DNA from: Archangiaceae bacterium
GTDB lineage: Bacteria > Myxococcota > Myxococcia > Myxococcales > Myxococcaceae
DNA: 41,689 nucleotides
Assembly (NCBI GenBank): GCA_016879935.1
Contig: JAACJQ010000356.1
Coordinates: 1 to 41,689, forward strand
Direction of reading: 5' to 3'
The position numbers and the translations under genes are program-made. Of this stretch, positions 35,981-41,689 are shown piece after piece (within the stretch, counting starts at the first letter, position 1; each line of letters begins with the position of its first letter). A model generated the notes under the pieces. That model made no database searches. It was not told where the DNA came from and saw only the letters and a list, made by a program, of their open reading frames with translations.

Positions 35981-37468
35981 TCACTCGCACGCCGCCGCCT
36001 TCTTCCCGGCCTTGAGCAGGTGGTGTTTGCACCCGATCTCCGTGATGGCGTCGATGACCAGCTCGTCTTCGTCGTTGATGGTGGTCGAGGTGAAGTTCTG
36101 CGCGGCGGTTGCGGACAGTGAATCGGCGAGGGCGTTGCGCAACGCCGTGTCACCCAGCATCGCCAGGAACACCTGGGCCGTGCGCTGCTCGTCTTTCGCG
36201 ACCTGCTTGAGGCGCGGCTCGAGCTGCGGGCGCAGCGTTCTCGAGTTCACCAGCGCACCGGCGACCGAGGCGCGTGCCTCCCAGTCCTTCGGCTTCTTGA
36301 AGGCGAGGTCGAGCAGCAGGTTCGCTTCCTTCAGCGTGAGGTCGAAGCGCGCGCTCTTCGCGAGCTTCAGCATCTGCGGGGTGCGCACGTTTCGCTCGAG
36401 GGCCGCGAAGATCTTCTCGCGTTCGGCCGAGGTGGTGAGGTCGACGACCACTTCGGCTTCGGGTTGCGCGAGCGCCTCGAGCCACTCGTCGGTCGAGACC
36501 GGTTCGTAGAGCGTCAGGCGCGCGACGACCGAACCACCCTTCGTGCACTTGCCGACGCCTGCCTTCACGCCTGCGCTCCGCAGCGGGGCCTTCTCGGGAA
36601 CCATGCCGTGCGGCTCGAGCGCCCGCGCGTCGAGCGCGTGCTTCACGGTGCACAGCTGCTCGGCGAGCATCGTGGCGGCGGCGGTGATGGTCGCGTCGGT
36701 CGCGAGCTCACACTCGAGGGTCTCCTTCGCCGTCAGGCCTCCCGGATGTTTCAACGCGGCCTCGATGAATGCGACGGCCCGCTCCGGGTGGTCGTCATGG
36801 CGGCACGTGTGCTCGACGACGGCGGCGCGGCTCTCGTCAGGTTCGTCGGCCGCGGAGAGCCGCTCGAGCACGAAGGCGTCTCCTTCACCGCTGAGGTTCG
36901 AAGCCGCTTCGCCGAGCAGGGCGCCGCGCTGCTTGCCCTCCTTCTTCGCGAGCTTCTCGCGGTACTGGGCGACGAGGTCGACCTGCGACTGAATGGTGGT
37001 GGGCGTCTTCGTCTCGCCGCCGTCTTCGTTCTTCGTCACCTTCGCGGCCTCGACGATGGCGCGCTGGCCGAGCTCGGGCAGGTCGAGCTGCACCAGCTCG
37101 CGCCAGCCGGTCTCGGTCTTCGCGCGGGCCGAGAGCAGGTCGCCCGACGTCGAGTACAGCCCGTGAAACGTCTCGACGCCGTTCTCGATGACCGAGACCT
37201 CGTCGAACTTGTCGGGGAAGACGGCCGAGTAGAGGAGGAAGGGCAGAATGATGACGCAGGCCGCGGAGTGGCCACACCCACCTCCACCACTGGTTGGCCT
37301 GGTGTTGCGCTCGACCGTCACCACGACCTCGGGCGGCTTCGCGCGCTTCTTCACCGCGTCGAGGGTGGCGGGCACGTCGACGTACGACTTCTGCTCGGGA
37401 GCGCAGCGAAAGCAGCACGCGCTCAGCACGAACGTCATGGCCCACACGGCCAGCAGCTTCGGTGTCAT
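35981..37468 (-). CDS. Lipoprotein, unknown function (about 495 aa from the ATG at 37468; ORF extends to 37522)
   Basis: MTPKLLAVWAMTFVLSAC lipobox. Lys/Glu-rich helical regions. No catalytic motif. Confidence 0.55.
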   Translation of the reverse strand: MTPKLLAVWAMTFVLSACCFRCAPEQKSYVDVPATLDAVKKRAKPPEVVVTVERNTRPTSGGGGCGHSAACVIILPFLLYSAVFPDKFDEVSVIENGVETFHGLYSTSGDLLSARAKTETGWRELVQLDLPELGQRAIVEAAKVTKNEDGGETKTPTTIQSQVDLVAQYREKLAKKEGKQRGALLGEAASNLSGEGDAFVLERLSAADEPDESRAAVVEHTCRHDDHPERAVAFIEAALKHPGGLTAKETLECELATDATITAAATMLAEQLCTVKHALDARALEPHGMVPEKAPLRSAGVKAGVGKCTKGGSVVARLTLYEPVSTDEWLEALAQPEAEVVVDLTTSAEREKIFAALERNVRTPQMLKLAKSARFDLTLKEANLLLDLAFKKPKDWEARASVAGALVNSRTLRPQLEPRLKQVAKDEQRTAQVFLAMLGDTALRNALADSLSATAAQNFTSTTINDEDELVIDAITEIGCKHHLLKAGKKAAACE

Positions 37469-37546
37469 CGACCCTCCCCGCGGGTGAGGGGTGGAACGTA
37501 GCCCGTCGTGGTTGGTCGTCACCCTGCTTCATGCGAGCGTGCGCGC

Positions 37547-38917
37547 GTGCTTCGCCTCGTGCCCGACTTCGCGTTCGTTGCAGGTTCGCTCGTCGAACAG
37601 CCCGTCATCGGCGTCGATGATGCAGGTCGAATCTGTGCGCCGGTCGAGAGCGCTCCGCTTCGCCGCCTCGCGGGAAGGCTGCTGTTGCCCGGCTTCGTGA
37701 ACGCCCACAGCCACGCCTTTCAGCGCGTGTTGCGCGGGCGAACCGAGCTGCGGGGGGAAGGCAACGAGAGCGACGACTTCTGGTCGTGGCGCGAGCGCAT
37801 GTACCAGGCGGCGACGGCGCTCTCGCCAGAGCAGCTCTACGCGGTGTCGCGCCAGACGTTCCTCGAGATGGCGCTCGCGGGTGTGACGACGGTGGGCGAG
37901 TTCCACTACGTGCAGCACCAGGCCGATGGCACGCCGTACGACGACGTGTCGTTGCTCGCGAAGACGGTGATTCAGGCGGCGCGTGACGTGGGCTTGCGCA
38001 TCGTGCTGCTGCGCGTCGGCTATGCGCGCGCGGGTCATCAGGTGGCGCCAAACCCGAGGCAGCGGCGTTTCATCGACCCCGACGTCGAGGTGTTTCTCTC
38101 GCGCGTCGAAGCGCTGCGGCGGAGCGTGGCCGATCCACTCGTCTCGGTGGGCCTCGCGCCGCACTCGGTTCGCGCCGTACCGAAGGAGTGGCTCAGACGA
38201 ATCGTCGAGGCGCGGCTCCCGGGGCCCCTGCACATGCACGTGGCGGAGCAACCGGCCGAGCTGCGCGCGTCTCTCGCCGAGACGGGAAGGCGGCCCATCG
38301 AGCTGCTCGCCGACGTGGGCGTGCTGGGCCCGAACTTCACCGGCGTGCACGCGATTCACCTCGAAGCAAATGAGGTGGCGCTGCTGGGCCAGTCGCGGTC
38401 GATGGTCTGTGCGTGCCCGACGACGGAGCGCAACCTGGGTGACGGCATCGTGCGGGCCGACGAGTTGATGACCGCCGGCGTCGAATTCTCGCTCGGCAGT
38501 GACAGCCACGCGCACATCGACCTGCTCGACGAGGCGAAGCAGCTCGAAGGCCATCTGCGGTTGTTGCGGCTGTCGCGGGCGGTGTTGTTCCCGAAGCAGG
38601 TCGATGGCGCGCGCGAGTCGGAGCTGGGTCGCGTGTTGCTCCGGTCGCTCACGGTCGCGGGCGCGCGTTCACTTGGCGTCGACACGGGCGCGCTCACGGT
38701 GGGCCAGCCCGCCGATTTCGTCACGCTCGACGTGAATCACCACACGATGGTCGGAGCGCCGAAAGAGGCCCTGCTGACCGCTGCCGTGCTGGGCGCCTCG
38801 AGCGCTGCGATTCGTGACGTCGCCGTTCAGGGGCGCTTCATCGTCGAGGAGGGAAGACACGCCCTCTCGGAGCAGAGCGCCGCGGCCTACTCGAAGGTCG
38901 TCGACACGCTGCGCTGA
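37547..38917 (+). CDS. Amidohydrolase, formimidoylglutamate deiminase (HutF)-like (GTG 37547 proposed; maximal ORF from 37508, 469 aa)
   Basis: N-terminal metal-binding PGFVNAHSHAFQR followed by DDFWSWRERMY, as in HutF/guanine-deaminase-like amidohydrolases. Conserved HxH...H...D ligand pattern. Confidence 0.7.
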   Translation: MLRLVPDFAFVAGSLVEQPVIGVDDAGRICAPVESAPLRRLAGRLLLPGFVNAHSHAFQRVLRGRTELRGEGNESDDFWSWRERMYQAATALSPEQLYAVSRQTFLEMALAGVTTVGEFHYVQHQADGTPYDDVSLLAKTVIQAARDVGLRIVLLRVGYARAGHQVAPNPRQRRFIDPDVEVFLSRVEALRRSVADPLVSVGLAPHSVRAVPKEWLRRIVEARLPGPLHMHVAEQPAELRASLAETGRRPIELLADVGVLGPNFTGVHAIHLEANEVALLGQSRSMVCACPTTERNLGDGIVRADELMTAGVEFSLGSDSHAHIDLLDEAKQLEGHLRLLRLSRAVLFPKQVDGARESELGRVLLRSLTVAGARSLGVDTGALTVGQPADFVTLDVNHHTMVGAPKEALLTAAVLGASSAAIRDVAVQGRFIVEEGRHALSEQSAAAYSKVVDTLR

Positions 38918-38919
38918 GC

Positions 38920-39663
38920 TCAGTGGGGCGCGCGTTCGGTGAAGGCCACCAGCTCGGGCCAGGCCCGCCCGAGTTCGTCTGGCCCCGACTCGCCGTACAA
39001 CGCGACGCGGTCGACGTGACGTCGCTCACCGGAGGTCAGCTCGACCGCCCACGCCTCGAGCGTTCTTCCGAGCGCGCCGAGCACGCCTGGCAGTTGCTTT
39101 GCGTCGAAACCGCTGACGCGGTCGAGCACCGCGCGAAAATCTCCCGCACGAGCCATCAACACGGCCTCGACGAGCGCGGTGAGGCGCGGGTCTCTGGCAG
39201 GCGCTGGCACTTCTTGCAGTGACCGTCGGGCACCCGACACGTCACCGCTCAGCGCCTTCACCAACGCTTCGTGCTCGACGGCAGACGGCGTGATGCCTCC
39301 GACTGACGCGGCGCGAGCTCGAGCGAAGGCGTCGAGGGCTGCCGCAGGCCGCCAGAGCAGGGTCTTCGCGATGCCCACCTTCGATGGCCCCAGCGCGTTC
39401 TTCGGCGCGTGGCGAACCGCCGTTTCGTAGGCGGCGAGGGCCTCGGCGGCTCTGCCCAGCGCCATCAGCCGGTCGCCCTCGCGAATGGCGCGGGCGTGCT
39501 GCTGCCCACCCTGCATCAGCCGCCAGAAGACGAGGAACAGGACGAAGGCAGCAACCACCGGAGCCGACTCCGAGAAGATCGCCGACCAGGACCCGTCTTG
39601 CCCGTCCGTGGCAGGCGCAGCGCCAGCGAGCGACACACGGATGAGAAGGAGCAGAGTGCGCAC
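38920..39663 (-). CDS. TPR-like repeat protein with N-terminal signal/TM (247 aa)
   Basis: Hydrophobic N-terminus and helical Ala/Leu-rich repeats (ALGRAAEALAAYETAVRHAP...). Confidence 0.5.
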   Translation of the reverse strand: MRTLLLLIRVSLAGAAPATDGQDGSWSAIFSESAPVVAAFVLFLVFWRLMQGGQQHARAIREGDRLMALGRAAEALAAYETAVRHAPKNALGPSKVGIAKTLLWRPAAALDAFARARAASVGGITPSAVEHEALVKALSGDVSGARRSLQEVPAPARDPRLTALVEAVLMARAGDFRAVLDRVSGFDAKQLPGVLGALGRTLEAWAVELTSGERRHVDRVALYGESGPDELGRAWPELVAFTERAPH

Positions 39664-39697
39664 GGAGCGGGTCAGTACGGCGACCCCGTGGCTGGCT

Positions 39698-41677
39698 TCA
39701 ACGTGAATCGAGCAACCCGCGCGCTGCCGCGATGGCCTCGTGGCTTCCCGCGAGGGCGAGTCGGTCGTGCGCCGCGAGCGGCTCGGTCGGCGTCGCGAGC
39801 AGGCTGGCGCCGTCGCGCGTGATGGCCAGCACGGTGGCTCCCGTCACGCCGCGAAGGTTCAGCTCGGCGAGCGTCTTCCCCACGGCGGGGCTGGTCTCGG
39901 TGAGCTCGATGACCGACGCCACGCTGAGGCCGAGGCCGGGCAGCAGCGTTCCGACCTCTGCAATCGCTTCTCCCTGCTCGGTGTTCCGTCGCTCTGACGA
40001 AGAGAGCAGGGCTCCGCTGATGATCTCGACGCCGGCACGAACGTGGCCCTCGAGGTTCGTCGTCTGTCTCCAGAACGTGAGGGCGAGCACGGCGAGGAGC
40101 ACCAGCAGCACGAGGCCGATCGGCACCGACGGCAGCATCGGCTGCGTGACGGCTACCATCGGAACGCCGAGCACCAGCACGATGGCCATCTGAAACGTGA
40201 CCGTCAGCACGCGGCGCGGAGAGGCAGCGAGATCGAGCTTCCCATCGGTGCGTGGCGGGAGCGCCGACTCGGCGAGCTCCTTCGCCAGCGAGATGGAGAC
40301 GCGGACGATGCCGATGAGGAACGGCAGCGCGACGGCGACCGCGACGCCGACGACCAGCCACGCAGGAAAGTCGCTGAAGATCTCCGTTCGCCGTGCGAGC
40401 GCGGTGCTGACGATGATGGCCGTGAGGAGCGCCGCGTCGATGAGCAGCGCGCGCACCTTCTTCCGCGGGCCCTGCGCCGCCGGTCGGTCCTTCAGCCCGT
40501 CGAGCCAGCTCGCGTACAGCGTGGTGAACACCTGCACCGGCTTCGGCGACTTGCGATCGACGAGGCTGGCGAACGGTCCAGATGCCTTGACCAGCCAACC
40601 AGTCGACAGCGTGCTCAACACGCTGACGGCCGCGGCGACGGGGAAGAGGAAGTCTCCCGTCACGCCGAGCGTCTTCCCGAGGCCCGCGATGATGAAAGAG
40701 AACTCGCCAATCTGCGCCATGCTCATGCCGGCCTGAATCGAAGCGCGCGTGCCCGAGCCCGTGAGGAACGAACCGATCGACACGCTGACGACCTTGCCGA
40801 TGATGACCACCACGAGCAGCGCGACGACGGCGGGCCAGTTGCGGGTCACCTCGGCGGGGTCGATCAACATGCCCACCGACACGAAGAAGATGGCCGAGAA
40901 CAAGTCTTTCAACGGTGCGACGAGGTGCTCGACCTTTTCGGCCTGCCCCGACTCCGCGATGAGCGAGCCCGCGAGGAAGGCCCCGAGCGCCACGGAGTAG
41001 CCGAAGTGCTGCGCGAGCAGCGCGACCGAGAAGCAGAAGCCCACCGCGGCGACGAGCGTCGTCTCGGGGCGGCCGAGGGCGAGCACCGCCCGTGTCGCGC
41101 GAGGCACCACGAAGAGGCCGACGATCATCAGCCCGCCGAGGAAGAGGGCGAGCCGGGCGAGCGTGCTGGCCAGAGCCTCTGCCGACACCTGCGTGCCGGT
41201 CGAGAGCGCGGTGAGCGTCGTCAGCAGCAGAATCGCGATGAGGTCTTCGACGACCAGCACGCCGACGACGAGCTCTCGCAGCTTTCCCGCGATGCCCTGC
41301 TCGTCGAACGTCTTCACGATGATGGTCGTCGACGAGATGGCGACCACCGCAGCGGTGAAGACACTCTCGAGCGTGCTCCACCCGAAAGCGCGCGCCGCGA
41401 GGAAGCCGAGCGTGAGCATGCTGCCAGTCTCGATGACGGCAGTGAGCCCCGCGCGCGGCCCCACCTTGCGCAGCTGGCGAATGCTGAACTCGAGCCCGAT
41501 GGAGAACATCACGAAGATGACGCCCAGCTCCGAGAGCGCGGTGACGACGCCGACATCGGCCACGAGCGGAATCGGAAGGTAGGGCCCGACGATGAGGCCC
41601 GCGACGACGTAGCCGAGCACCACCGGCAGCCGGAGCGCCTGGCAAAGGAGCGTCGTCACGGCGCCGACGCCGAGCAC
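39698..41677 (-). CDS. CPA2-family K+/H+ antiporter (KefB/KefC-like) with C-terminal TrkA-C/RCK_C domain; N-terminus at or just beyond the window edge (GTG 41677 or further upstream)
   Basis: N-terminus ...LPVVLGYVVAGLIVGP matches the KefB GYLLAGIxIGP motif. 12-13 TM helices. C-terminal RCK_C segment LAELNLRGVTGATVLAITRDG. The frame remains open to position 41689. Confidence 0.85.
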   Translation of the reverse strand: MLGVGAVTTLLCQALRLPVVLGYVVAGLIVGPYLPIPLVADVGVVTALSELGVIFVMFSIGLEFSIRQLRKVGPRAGLTAVIETGSMLTLGFLAARAFGWSTLESVFTAAVVAISSTTIIVKTFDEQGIAGKLRELVVGVLVVEDLIAILLLTTLTALSTGTQVSAEALASTLARLALFLGGLMIVGLFVVPRATRAVLALGRPETTLVAAVGFCFSVALLAQHFGYSVALGAFLAGSLIAESGQAEKVEHLVAPLKDLFSAIFFVSVGMLIDPAEVTRNWPAVVALLVVVIIGKVVSVSIGSFLTGSGTRASIQAGMSMAQIGEFSFIIAGLGKTLGVTGDFLFPVAAAVSVLSTLSTGWLVKASGPFASLVDRKSPKPVQVFTTLYASWLDGLKDRPAAQGPRKKVRALLIDAALLTAIIVSTALARRTEIFSDFPAWLVVGVAVAVALPFLIGIVRVSISLAKELAESALPPRTDGKLDLAASPRRVLTVTFQMAIVLVLGVPMVAVTQPMLPSVPIGLVLLVLLAVLALTFWRQTTNLEGHVRAGVEIISGALLSSSERRNTEQGEAIAEVGTLLPGLGLSVASVIELTETSPAVGKTLAELNLRGVTGATVLAITRDGASLLATPTEPLAAHDRLALAGSHEAIAAARGLLDSR

Positions 41678-41689
41678 CGTCGCGAGCGC

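Noticed and set aside
35092-36153. 353-aa minus-strand ORF, and 35094-35813 plus-strand ORF over the MBL hydrolase gene
   Set aside because: Alternative or antisense frames of a gene with a clear HxHxDH metallo-beta-lactamase motif.
39672-41645. 657-aa alternative-frame ORF on the minus strand overlapping the Kef antiporter gene
   Set aside because: The other minus-strand frame (39698-41677) gives the canonical CPA2 TM pattern and RCK_C domain; this frame is Arg/Gly/Ala junk.
1-41689. Mobile elements, integrase/transposase, phage genes, rRNA/tRNA
   Set aside because: No ORF shows DDE/HTH transposase, tyrosine recombinase or phage structural signatures. No flanking inverted-repeat pairs were seen and no rRNA/tRNA-like conserved blocks. 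The window looks like core chromosome with accessory-type surface genes.

Overview
This is a 41.7 kb, very GC-rich (about 70%) chromosomal segment carrying roughly 35 protein-coding genes. Genes are tightly packed and show strong GC3 bias. Several features point to a Myxococcota (myxobacterial) origin: a 1237-aa secreted protein ending in a MYXO-CTERM sorting tag, and many lipoproteins.

What I can read with confidence:
- An EF-G paralog GTPase.
- Archaeal-type aspartate-semialdehyde dehydrogenase (asd).
- An sCache_2 methyl-accepting chemoreceptor whose stop overlaps the start of an outer-membrane beta-barrel gene.
- A secreted PHB-depolymerase-family esterase.
- A YkgJ-family cysteine-cluster protein coupled to an HSL-family esterase.
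- pta-ackA, with the Pta carrying an N-terminal MaoC hotdog domain.
- A complete hoxFUYH-hoxW operon encoding an NAD-reducing soluble (group 3d-like) [NiFe] hydrogenase.
- A znuA-znuC-znuB metal ABC transporter.
- An MBL-fold hydrolase, a HutF-like amidohydrolase, a TPR protein and a CPA2/Kef K+/H+ antiporter that is partial at the window end.

The most unusual coding call is a 716-aa bacterial homolog of the eukaryotic major vault protein at 14411-16561 (minus strand). It shows recognisable MVP repeat, shoulder and cap-helix sequence similarity.

The most unusual non-coding signals:
- An 86-bp tandem direct repeat (2.2 copies) upstream of pta-ackA. Its 13-mer core GATCAACCCAGCG recurs in the hoxF promoter region, which suggests a shared cis-element linking fermentative acetate/ATP formation and H2 metabolism.
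- An 18-bp coding VNTR giving about 14 copies of GGSATA in the giant MYXO-CTERM protein.
- A 17-bp x3 tandem repeat plus a palindrome between two convergent genes.

I found no rRNA, tRNA, CRISPR array, transposase or integrase. Many long antisense or alternative-frame ORFs in the six-frame track are GC-driven artefacts.
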